Source: Hydrolagus colliei
Lineage: Eukaryota
DNA length: 64,000 bases
Direction: 5' to 3'
NCBI GenBank assembly: GCA_035084275.1
Contig: CM068749.1
Location: 23,126,001 to 23,190,000 of the forward strand
This document shows, one piece after another, positions 24,801 to 36,571 of this stretch (position 1 is the first letter of the stretch; each line of letters begins with the position of its first letter). Position numbers and translations under genes: made by a program. The notes below the pieces were generated by a model that was given only the letters and a program-made list of their open reading frames with translations, was not told where the DNA came from and did not search any database.

Positions 24801-27800
24801 GCTGCTCGGAAGAGAAGAGAGGCAGAGGGTCAGACAGACAGACAGACCGAGAGAGAGAGAGGAAGTGAGAGAAAAAGAGACAGTAGCCTAAAGAGTGTTC
24901 TCTGTATCTGTGACAGCACACTTGCTGTTGCTCTCTAATTTTGGCCATTATTTACCCAGCGATAATTGGTGATCTAGTGCTTTTTACCCCATTGGCCTGT
25001 CAAAACAAAGATTTTATACACTCCTCATCCTGTGAAAAATTGGTGGAAACGTATTGATTTTTGTCAGCCCACCTCCGGTCTCCTGGCTGATGACCTGACA
25101 GCTGACTTAATGCTTAAACATACTACCTCAGGAGTGGCAGCCACTGACTGGCAGAGCATGACGCCTTGCTGGGAATCAGATCTCAGCTCCTTACGCTTTG
25201 CCATCACTGAGTGCAGTTTATAGCTACTTTCTGACACTGTAAATTAGCTGCGAGTTCCAATTTGCCATCTGATCTATAACGTGCTGTCGAGAAAAATCCA
25301 AAAGGCAGCTACTCAGGCTCTGTGTGCTTTTTTTTATTGGCAGACTTGGCTTTTTTTTGTTGCTTCTACTGCTGGGAAGGACTAGCGATTCCTGCTCAAG
25401 CTCGCTCGGTTATCTATTTACTCAGCTTGAGCAGCCTGCACCCTGTCATTTTTGTTTTACTCTGAGAGCTATGAACTTAGCAGAGAATATTTTTTCATAC
25501 TGAAAGCTTTCATCTGCTTGGCCTTGTTTAGCTTGCCAACAATAAGCAAAGTGGAAAGAGAAGTTTATTTTCAATTTAATACTTTAAAACATTCTTCTTC
25601 CCCACCCCATTCCCATTTCCTCCTAAATCTGGGTCCTCATTGGAACTCTCTTATCTCGTTGCCGTATCGTTTGGCTGAAGGAACAAGTGAATGAGCCATA
25701 GGTTCCAGCAGTTTTTGATGAAGGTGATGCTATCTACACAGATAACAAAAGATTAATTTAATGAGCTATCCCCAGCCATGACTAAAATAACAGTGGTATA
25801 TGTTATATGTGGGTTTGAGGAACACACAATCTCAGCACCAAACACATGGGTGATTTTCAGAGATAGTTGGAAAGTAAGAGTATTAAGGGGTATAAAGAAA
25901 AGGTTGGCAAATAGTACTGAAAATCTGCCATTGTCCAATAAACTCTTGTTCCCATCTTGCTTTTAATTAAAGATGTTTTGAAGAATGGTCTGTTTTTACA
26001 ATGAAATTCTGCAGGAGAGGAGAGAAAGTGCATAATATGAGGAAATAAACTGGGCAAGTAATAGAAACACAATATTGAGCCATAGATGTTTTTACTTGGG
26101 GAAACTGTTTGAACCCCTAGTAAAGTATGGGATTTTTTTTGGCAAGACCATTGAGATCAAAGGGTCTTTTGGTGGTAGCTGAAGCAACATACACTGTTTG
26201 GGGGTGGTCTGGTGAAGTATTGTTGGCCATGAGGGAAAAGGACCCACATAAATACAACAGTACATATGGTATTGGGGTTCTTAGTATTGGGGACCCTGTG
26301 GAAATGGTGTATATAGCTCAATTTTGAGCTGTGGAAATGATGGAGCTGTCAGTCTGCGGAGTTAGCTAAATATTGGTTTATCAGTGAAATGTGGAGAATG
26401 GGTGTGGTGGGAGATATGCTGGGATTTAATCAGACATGTTTATAATGTATCTGACAACCTGATTTGAATTGATTTGCTATGGAACTAGTTGTAAGCCGGC
26501 CTTTTCAGTTCCATCTTTATAATTCAGCAGAAAAAAAAGAATGTACAGTTTGCACAAAGAATGGTAATCTGGCTCAGCTGTAAATGTGTAGCACAAGCTG
26601 ATTTGTAACTAAAGTGTTTAAATGGGGGCTTTATCTGCTGTGTGTCACATGGAGACTTTCACTATTAATCATTCAGGTAAACGTTAGTCTTTCTTTCTCC
26701 CTCCCCACCCCCCCCCCTCCCACCCCGTTAACTGTCCTGCTCTGAAAAATTGCATGAAGTGCCCCCCCCAACCCCGTCTCCGAGACTGTGTTAAAGTATC
26801 ACATTGCTCTGAGCTATATTACTGCCTTCCAGCTCGATCATCTGGTTTCAACAGGGTGGTCTCAGAGTTCACTCTGTGGTTACAGTCATCGACCAGGGAG
26901 AAGCAAACCATACTGCAGCTATGATCTAGTCATTTTTTAAATGGCTGTATTGTAAAACAAAGTATTGATTGAGTAACACGACACATATGCTGTATTGGGC
27001 GCGCGGGCACCCACCCGGTTAGCACCACCTTCACACGGGTTTTTTGTCTTTAAAATTTGTTTTCTTTCCAAACCTTTTGAAGTTTTCTTTACATATGGAG
27101 AAACTATGAGTAAATAAATTAAAGCAGAAAAAAAATAAACATTCCAACGCAGCTTGACGTAGGAACTGTTTGAAAACGGAGCTGGACTGTAGATGAATTT
27201 TTGGCTGATGGGTCTGTTTTAGTGATGAGCATTATCACCTATTCCTGGACTATGTTTTCCTAACCTGGCAAGCATATGGGATGTGGGTTGCAAGATTTAT
27301 TTTATATGGGAAATCGTGCTGTTCACCTTGTTTGAATTCTTTTTGTTTTTGTTTTCCCATTACATTTTTTTCTTGAAACATTCAGCTCCTTGATCTTGCA
27401 CTTCATATCAATTTGCTTATTTTCATAACACATTATCTTATGTTACACAATTGTCTAATACATGTAGGAGTGAGGAAAGTGGGAGTTTAACTAGTCTACA
27501 TGTTAACATAATAATTTCTGTGTAAGTGCATGGCTGAACCAGCTGTGGTGTTGTGCTGGTTTTGCAATGTTCCAATTGGCCTGTATCACTGTATCTCCCA
27601 GCATAAAGAGAGATACCAAATACATGGCATGGGATGGGGGTGGGGGAAGAGCAGAGAAACCAAAAAGGAAAGAAAAATAAATTGAATATGAAGGCAGGGA
27701 CAGATACAATTTCATCTGTTATCTATTACATGTAGATATATCCAAACGCAACACTGTCTCCACAGGCTCAGGCCCTGAATCATGCACACAGATTCTGTGT

Positions 27801-29679
27801 GTATCCAAGGTGGTTGGATTAGGAGGAACTGTATTTCTGGTGTGGGGAAGAAAGGTGAGATTGGCATTGGATAGGAGTATAACAACAGTGGCCCAAGGAA
27901 GGTATTCCCTTTGCCTTGGGAAGAAGACATGTAGGCAAAACTCAATCTGGATATAAGAGGAATGGGACCATACCGCAGATCGACCTGATTAGATCAGCGT
28001 TTTAGTTTCTCATTCACTTAAATGCATTCTTGAAATATTTGATCTGCTCCCAACTAGAAGTAAAATACTGGTTCAGATTTATTCTGAATTCATCAAAAGT
28101 GTATTACTTTTTCATTTCAATCTTTTCATGCATACATTCAATTTTTTTTAATTCCCTTCTAAAAACATATTTAAACTCCTTCATAAACAATTCTATTATT
28201 ACAAACCTAACATAATCAGTTTATGTTGTTACAATTTTTTATGATATGCCTTTGGTTTCTAGAAAAGTCATTTTATAAGAAATTGAATTCACCGCAAGTT
28301 TTATATTATTGCAAACTTTGTTCTTACTGACGAGAAGCCTCATTACAAATGCTGCCTTGTGACAAATCTAACTATAACAAGCATTACTTTTTCAATGACT
28401 GTAAACTGGTATTATTGGCTGTACATTGTTACAACATACTATTGGAATTCACATTATTTAACAAACCCCATTATTAGAAACCTAAGGGGCGATTATTTAC
28501 TGGTCAGTAAATTTCACAATTTTGTTGATGCTAGTGTCCAATTGAATTTCACATGATAAACTCACCGGTGATGCTGAGAAATATACTGAAAAATCAATAA
28601 AGAATAAGATATATTTGGCTATCAAGGTTAGTAAATGATTGCAGAATCACCAGTCTAGTGGTGGTTGTAATTATAAAGCTCTCTTTGTAACACACTCCAC
28701 TATTGCTAACGTCACATTTTAACAAATGCCAAAGTTGCACAACAGGGCATCAGAAGCCACACTAACTGGTGCATATTGTGTCCAATGCATAATTAACCCC
28801 ACCCTAACACACATTGAACCTATGCTTAGAGCAAGTTTGTTCGCTGCAGCCAATTCCCTGTTCTTCCCCTCCCTGTACACATTTATTTTGTTCTTCTTCA
28901 AATACTTTTCACACTCTCTTTTTAAAATATGTTTGGAAAAGATACAAGAGTAAGGGTTTGACTTCACCTACGTTTATTGTTTTACTTCAGTTGCGTTAAG
29001 TTGAACGCATTCATTTTATTTCTCCAATGTCATGAATCAGGCACAACTGAGATCATGGAGTATTTGGGGAACCAAGGAAGTTGCATTAGGAAAAATATTA
29101 GGTTGGAGACATCTGAGGGGGTGGGGTGGGAGTCAAACCAGTGCAAATAAAGTATCAAAAATGTAAGACATATTCTGTAATATCTGCAAGTTGCTTTGAG
29201 GGGGGTGCATAGTAGAAATGCTTCTACAGCATGAGAAACCTTTATGTAATTCTAATATAAACACAGCTGAATATTCAAAATTGATTCATCCCTTTCCCCC
29301 TCTTCTTTCGCTAAAGTTATGTCTGAAGTAAAGGAAATAATGTCGGCTGGCTAGGATTAGTTGTCTGCCCTGCACAGGAGATTCCAAAACAGGAGGTCTT
29401 ATTATAGCAACAGCATTTGGTTATAGTATGCACTGGGATGCATGCCCTCCTGAGGTGAAAGTCGCTATACAAATGTCATTTGTTGCTGTTGTTGTTGCAC
29501 TGGATTTCGAGAGAACTGACCAAGGAAGAGCTGATGTACGGATGAAAAGTGATGGAGTGGTTCACTTCATTGGCCATTGAGGCCACCTGGTTCTCCAGTG
29601 CATGAATGTGCTTGTGTTACTCCGCATTGTAGGGGCTTCAATTGAGCCTCTCTCTTTTTTTCTCTCACTCTCCCCAAGA

Positions 29680-30200
29680 CAGCAAGACACTGCTGATGGC
29701 AAACAGCCTTTAATCTCCATTAAACTGCCGAGGATCTTGATGAAGTTCAGTCCCCGTTAAGATCATCCATTGGGGTGCAATTACCACCCAGCAGCAATTT
29801 CTCTGAAGTCATTCATTTCAGCGAGATTATTTTCCCTGTGTATGCATGTGAGCCAATGGGCGCGCACTGCATTACATCTGTCAGACGCACTGCTGGGCAC
29901 ACAGCATCACTGGAAATATGCAAGACTGTTTGAAATAATTTATTTTTACTTGAAGTCCTTCCTTGTTAGGGTCAACACGGAGGCCGTGTTTTGATTACTG
30001 GCCCTATCAGTAGTGCAAGGCTTATCCAGCCGACTGCTCTCACAGTATCCAGCAGCAAGCTCCCACATCTGCTGTTCAGGGGGAAACATATATTGTTTTT
30101 CCCTCACGGTGGTTACTCTGAGGTAATGACTATTGACCCCTTAACCTCTGAAGTCGAGCTGTAATCTTGTTGTGACTGTATAGCAGGTGTCCAAAGGGGA
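29680..30200. promoter_or_regulatory. Possible conserved non-coding element or enhancer
   Basis: Repeat-free, CpG-retaining, with homeobox (TAATC, CAATTA), TALE (TGTCA), octamer-like ATGCAAGA and CCAAT motifs; judged on composition only. Confidence 0.3.
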
Positions 30201-30697
30201 GGGGGAAGTGCGCCGTACAGATTACTGGGGAGGAAGGCTTTCGTTTGAAGGGGTTGTGTATATATGGAGGGAGGGAGGGGGGTGGAGGGAAGGTGGTCAG
30301 TGTGTGAGCACAGTAGCTGCTACTTTACTGAAGCTGTCATTTTCATGAAGGATCATTCCAGTCAGGCAGAAAGAAACTAAATAACATCAATGCTTGATAT
30401 GTCAAATAATAAAAAATACCATCTCTCTTTTTTCTCTGTACTCAAAACAAGCTGTGTGCAGCCAGGAGTAAGGAAAGAGGTTTTATTTAAGCCAGTGACA
30501 CGGAATAATAAATAATCCGAATAGCTCTCAGTGACTGTTCTTGCCTTTGAGCTCCCCACCACAGACTCCCAAGTTCAGGGTATTCCATATAACCCTGGTG
30601 GCATTAGTTTGGTGTTAAGGAGCTTGTCATTTCTCTTTGAGATTTTTCCCCCTAAGTAAGACTGATTCAAACATGTTCACATTCTACTATTGTAACT

Positions 30698-30810
30698 CAA
30701 TGAGCTATGAAGAGAGGCTAAAAGGGGCTCAATCTGTTCTCTTTGGAGAAAGAAGACAGGAGAGGGAATAACATGACCCAAGGTTTTTAAGACCATGAAG
30801 GGAATTGCCT
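30698..30810 (+). mobile_element. CR1 ORF2 C-terminal fragment
   Basis: atgagctatgaagagaggcta...ctgttctctttggagaaagaaga matches the SYEERL..LFSLE.RR segment of the intact CR1 at 5.9 kb. Confidence 0.7.
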
Positions 30811-32831
30811 ACAACAATTTGGCCACAAAAATACAGTCACACCACTTTACAGTGTGTCCTTTACAGTGTTTCCATATTTGAGATCTTGGCCACCTAATAA
30901 GGTGCTATACCAAATGCAAGATTTAGGATTATTATTCTAAATATGGATGAAGGAAGTGGAACCATAATCACTAATGAAATCAAAAGCAGGTTATGATTCA
31001 TGGAATTGTTTTACAGGGAAGAACTTTTAGCTTTTACAGTAAGCTATCAATGAATTAACACAATGAAGATGGGCTTTATTTAAGCACTCAAAAAAGAAAT
31101 GAACAGATTGCTAAACAACTGGGAGCAGAGGGAATATGTTCTTAATGCAGGGACAGGTAGGGAATAGTGGTGGGTGCAATGCATGACAACAATTTGAGCT
31201 AAGTACTCCCATCTTCTCTCATTCTCCTGTGCCATTACCAAAGTATGAAAACTACAACCCATAACAGATGGTTGTTCCCTTTTGTGTCATGACTATTCTT
31301 TTTCTTTTATTTTAACAATATAGTTGTCCTAATTTAAAATGCATTTTCTCGCACCACTTATTTGCTCCCGGAGCCCTGAGCTTAATAATGTGCTGAAATC
31401 ACTGACAGACCTAAAAATGTGCTTTAAACATTAAACAAAAATCACGCAAATGGGAAAAATGTTTAACCCTTAGTTTACTGAGAGCTCTATGGAAACATAT
31501 CACTATTACTCGTGCTCTGACACTGTATACAAACATACATTAAGCAACCGGCAAGTTGACACATCATAACTTAAATTTTCTCTTTTTTTAAAAAAATTTC
31601 ACTTTCTTTAATAGGGGCCCTCCACTTTAGAACCCGACACAATTCACCTTTCTTTTCAGATAGGATGGTTAAATCATTTCATTTGGTGTTAGGTTTATGC
31701 TAGTGTTGCTCTGTAACTTGCTACTGGGAGGTATTTGACAATTTCTCTTTTCCTGTTGAGAAGGCACTCCCCTCTCCATTCCAGTGACCTTATCGAGACT
31801 GGAAGCTCAATATATGGAGAATCACAGGCACAAAGCTATGTCCCCCCATTCAAGTGTTTAAATGCAATTCCTTTCCAGATTAAAAACAAGTAGAATGTTT
31901 CTGTAAGGTCCCAACGGACCACTTTTACTGATATATAAACAGTATGTCCAATGATAATGAAACCTACCCAACAATTTGTGACATGGGATGAAATTACTGT
32001 ACACAGTCCAGGGTTAATAATACATGGTGGCAGGTGGTTGTGTTACACGCTGTTGAACAAGTTTGAAGAATTTAGTCCTTCAGGAATTTTATATCTTTGG
32101 AAAATTTTGATCTGGTATTATTCTGCCCACATGTACTTCATGGTAACTGTGAGAAATCAAAATAATCTTTGCAACAATCTGTTCTTCTGTACTTCAGGCT
32201 TTTACCCGCTTATGTAATGACCCGTCACCCACATGGCAAAATCTTGGAAATGCTTCAGCTTTTTTTTAGAAAGCCAGTACCTGTATATTTTCCCTTTTTG
32301 TTGTGAACCCATGCTGGTGCTTTGGTGTTTCGTTCACATCGAGATGTCAAGATTGCTTTACCGGGTTTTATTAGGTGTCTGCTGTCACACCGTTTGCTTT
32401 CTACTTCATTAAATCTGTAGCAGAGGCTGATAGAGTTGTTACAGGTGGGGTAGGGAGCTATCCACTCTGCAGGAGAGCAGCTCAACAGTTCACCACACTG
32501 TGCATCCCACTTTCAAGTCGGTATTTGAGTTATCTGAAAGGTTTAACTATTTGGTGTCTGGTACAGTGATGGACAGAAAGTACTATATTCCAAAATGGGT
32601 TGTACACATAGCTGCTGGATAACAATGGGAGGTCTACTCATAGAAAATGTTGGCTAATGACTAGATCCATGCATGAGCAATGGTGAGGCCCCACTCACCC
32701 CCGTGTAAGCTGAATTTGAGCAGAATGCATTCCTCAAGGGAATGAGCAAGTTGGGTGACCAGATATCTTCTCCGGCCGATTGGCAAAACCAAAAAAGGAG
32801 ATGTTTCTATCACACATATATCCCAAGGCGT

Positions 32832-32886
32832 AACCGATAAGAACAGATACCGCACTTGATCTGAGCCAAATGGTGGTAGGAAGGAT
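32832..32886 (-). ncRNA. U2 snRNA-like 5' segment (variant gene, pseudogene or SINE head)
   Basis: Reverse complement of 32832-32870 is TTTGGCTCAGATCAAGTGCGGTATCTGTTCTTATCGGTT versus vertebrate U2 nt 16-54 TTTGGCTAAGATCAAGTGTAGTATCTGTTCTTATCAGTT: 35/39 identical. A loose ATC-CTTC start lies at 32886. Confidence 0.85.
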
Positions 32887-32930
32887 GTGTTGATAGGTAG
32901 GAGAAGTAATGTGTTGGCTTGTATAAGGGA

Positions 32931-32950
32931 AATTCAAGTCAGAAGGTTAG
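32931..32950 (-). promoter_or_regulatory. PSE-like snRNA promoter element
   Basis: Minus strand CTAACCTTCTGACTTGAATT; GACTTGAAT ends about 46 nt upstream of the U2-like +1, similar in sequence and position to the human U2 PSE (TCACCGCGACTTGAAT, recalled). Confidence 0.4.
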
Positions 32951-33182
32951 TGTACACCTGAATCAATATTGACTGGTGGTAACGATGCTTAAATGATCTT
33001 TGTTTTGCCTTAGCAATGATTCAAATCTCGTATCTTGAACTTTTTAGAAGGCGTGGATAAAAGTTGACTTTGATGACTGCAACCTCCTTTTTGCTTAGGA
33101 TAATAAGGGCTCAGATGATATTATGTACCACAAAAGGAAAGCTGAAACCATTTTATTGTGAGGCCTTCTGTTTTGTTTTTAG

Positions 33183-33199
33183 GTGCTCTTTGTGTCGAG
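33183..33199 (+). other. Candidate 17-nt microexon
   Basis: ccttctgttttgtttttag|GTGCTCTTTGTGTCGAG|gtaagt: polypyrimidine acceptor and a consensus donor. Confidence 0.4.
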
Positions 33200-33804
33200 G
33201 TAAGTGTCAGCAAGATTCCCTGTCTCTGATGTATGATGACGTTCACAAAAGGGTATTAAAGTCTTGCGATGCCAACAAAAGGGTATTAATGAGATTTATT
33301 GCCCAGTAGATTACCAAGATTTAGCTTACTCAGTGTATATTAATGGAAGAACTGCGAGTTTATAGGAACAGTTTAGTCTGGGGTTGTGACTTTAAAGACA
33401 ATTCTGAGTGCGTGCTTCAACTGATTCATTATGGGATTAGCACACGTAAGTGCTTTAAACAAAAGCAATAGTCTTATTTGCATCTGGTTAACAACAATCT
33501 TGACCTGCTTTGATGAGAACTGATTTGACTTTCCATAATCAGATGAGAGTGTAGTTCATATGAACACAATTTGCATAAACCTGCTGTTATTGACATACAG
33601 CAGATCTCTTCTGAGGGCAAACTTAGTGTAGTCTTAATATCGGTTCTTATTTTCTTGTAACATTTATTTCACACTATTACCAGAGTTCCATTTGAAAGCT
33701 GCACAGTTGCTAGGAGTTATTATTGACCACACATTTTTTCTCCTGCCTCTTTCCTGATATTTCCATATGATATATTTTTGCCTTGATGGTGTTTAAAGCA
33801 GCGA

Positions 33805-34032
33805 GCGCTGATGATGGTATCATGGGAATGGCTGGGAGGAGTGACTGAGTTCAGAAGTGTGAAGGAGCTGATTTAACAGATACAGCTGAAATAATCCAAT
33901 CACTGAGGCATTGGAGTTAATGACTGTTTAGCTGCTGATGCTAATTCAGCTCCTTCACATGGATGCTTCCTCAGTGACACTCAAAGTCAACCCATCCCCA
34001 CCCCACACACACACCCTACCATAATATCATTA
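33805..34032. repeat. Imperfect palindrome of about 230 bp (old MITE-like element or RNA hairpin)
   Basis: tgtgaaggagctga (33858-33871) pairs exactly with tcagctccttcaca (33946-33959); inner and outer arms pair imperfectly. Confidence 0.65.
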
Positions 34033-34629
34033 GTACTTGAGAAACTAAATATTCAAGAAATCAATAGAAATGGATAGATAAATAAAATGTTAACATCAAT
34101 TAAGTCAGTCATGATTTCATATTTATTTACAATTTGATCCATTGAATGGATGTTTATGTAAACTCTTCCACTGGAGTTCTGCATATCACATTGAATCTGC
34201 AATGAAATGTTGCATTTATGATATGCACACATACTCTTAATTCCAATTCCCTGCTCTCTCACAGACTCTTTTATATTGCTCCTCTTCAAATAATTATTCA
34301 ATGCTCTTTTAAATGTTAATCTTAGCTGCAACTGTGACTGTCACAAAGGATTCAAGTTCATAATAAATATGCCCAATTGGATTCACAAACAGTTAATGGT
34401 TTTACCTGCAACTAACTTTGTGTCTGGGTGAAAAGTTTTCAAATCAGACATGTCTTGTCTGGATACATATATCCATTTTGAGATGTTTTTGCTTCCCCCA
34501 TGGCTGTTATATTGGCCTTGAATCGTAAGTACCAGCAGATCATAAAATTACCATTTACAACAGGTCAGGCTGGAATGCGCAGCTTATAAAGCTGTAAAAT
34601 GATTTTTTTCATGAAATATTTGTTACACT

Positions 34630-34900
34630 TATGACTCACGCTGAGGTTCCATAGCTGCGAGGAGCCCTCTGCTGCCTCGCCCAAGTGGCTATTATTCATG
34701 TGTGAGGTTGTATGGTGAGTGTTGGCAGGTTGTTTAACTGTGAAGGAAGCTTGTCCCTGGGCATAAGCTTGTCTGCAGCAAATGCCCCTACACACACGCT
34801 GACATTTCCATAAGCATCACTCGACAGTGATTACAAGCAGTAAACTTGGTTGCCTGTTCAGATGGGCATTAAAGAACCGCTTATGTCAGTTGACCTGGGC
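34630..34900 (-). mobile_element. Ancient SINE-like repeat, family B
   Basis: cctcgcccaagtggctattattcatgtgtgag...gtgagtgttggcaggttgttt aligns to 16145-16200. Confidence 0.55.
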
Positions 34901-35109
34901 TGGCAACCTTTTGCCGCGGCAAGCACATAGCGTTACTATGGCACAGGTGTGGTAAATTACAGTATTCTCAGCCAGCATGACGTAAACTTCTGTCTCTTTC
35001 CGTTCTGTTAATCTGCCCTCTTTCTAAGAGGATTGGAAGCTGCAGCTATAAGATTCCAAACAAATTTGTGCCTGGCCCACGTGTTGCAGGCTTGAATCGT
35101 TTGGAAGAC

Positions 35110-35205
35110 CACTGATTAACAGTCAGGGTCCAAATCCCTGGCTGTCCAGCATCTTGGAACGTCCTCCCGACCTGGAAGGCACTATACAAATGCAATTTAT
35201 TGATA
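35110..35205 (+). mobile_element. L2 3'-end fragment
   Basis: ggtccaaatccctggctgtccagcatcttggaacgtcctcccgacctggaaggcactatacaaatg. Confidence 0.7.
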
Positions 35206-35335
35206 TTAGCTGCCCATGACAATCTTTAGATGACCTGTTCCCTTTGTGTAAAGCTTTCCTGTCCAAATAGTGGATGCAAGTTCTCAACTACGGCCACAGA
35301 GTACTTGGGAAAAATTAGACATCTCTTTACCTTGA

Positions 35336-35690
35336 TAGGTCTCACATACAATCAGATCACTGATGAATATGACTATAAAAATAATCCTTGCATTTGATAT
35401 AGCACTTTTCACATCTTCTAGACGTCTCAAGGCACTTCACAGAATATACTGCACAATTAATTGACTGTATATTTGTGGGCAAAATCGGCAGCCAATTGAG
35501 CACAGCAGCGTCCCACAAATAGTCGTGGAATGCAATGACCGATTTATTAAAGTTTTTTGGGATTGATTATTATTAGGCGTGTGGAGTAAGGAAATTTGTC
35601 CAAGGTTTCACCCTGACCTGGCTGGATTCGAACACAGATCTCACACTTGAAAGGCGAGTGCTCTAACCAGTGAGTTACAGGACTCCACAG
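35336..35690 (-). mobile_element. Full-length SINE family A with extended 3' tail
   Basis: Reverse complement has head GGAGTCCTGTAACTCACTGGTTAGAGC...GTTCGAATCC, body and tail, plus an extension of about 45 nt shared with 9075-9120. Confidence 0.9.
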
Positions 35691-36550
35691 GACTCCAGGC
35701 TATCCATGGGAGAAGCACATATTTTATAAGCCCTAATTCTTTTCTCTTTACCAACATAGCTGATTTCTAGAAATTAGACATGACTTGGTGTTAGGGCATT
35801 TGTTTAGCTGAGCTCCACAAGCATATGTTTGCATGTGCAGATCTCTTTACTTATGCATGGCCCAGGGTATTTCAGCATTGCATGCGGAACAAGCAATTTA
35901 AATGTGGAGCCAGCTAGCATTCTTTACTGCAGGCACCAAATCTAACTGCTGCCTGTTGTGTAACTGAGGCATTAATTACATTGATTTTGTCATCTTTCAA
36001 TTTAAAGACAGTGATATTGCAATAAACTGATAATAATATCAGTGAATGGCTGTAAAGCAAACTTGCTCATTCCAGCATATGGTTGCCCTCTATTGTGCTC
36101 ACTTTAAAATCCTGATGTCTACGATAGTCACGCTACAATGGACCAGACTTAAAACCCAACACAATGATCTGTTGGGCCAACCGGTGCATTTAGCAATGGA
36201 CCAGTGCCAGTGGGTGTGCAACTGATTTGGTGGGCCAGTGAATCCATTCCAACAGCACTGCAATCCTGAGAAGATTCTTGTATAAGCTTTTTACAAACTG
36301 CCTCCAACAAATCCCTTTGTATTTACAGTATGGTAAGTCCAATTTTCATTTCCATTGTGTTGACGGACTGGTGGATTTCACGATGCCTCACTGCCTTTTT
36401 TTTTCTTTATTGACCTCACTGCTGTCAAATTGAAACAGAAACAGAAGTACAATTACGAGCAAGGATCAGTAGCCATAGCCCTAGAAAACAAATCAGTTGT
36501 ACAGAATTCTGTTTGAATAAAATAATAAATTTTTTTCCTCTTTTTTTCAG

Positions 36551-36571
36551 ACCATATTTCTTTATCAAGAT
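36551..36571 (+). other. Candidate 21-nt in-frame microexon
   Basis: tttttttcctctttttttcag|ACCATATTTCTTTATCAAGAT|gtaagt; no stop in any frame. Confidence 0.4.

Noticed and set aside
33233-33410. C/D snoRNA starting at ATGATGA
   Set aside because: The nearest CTGA is about 170 nt away and there is no terminal stem.
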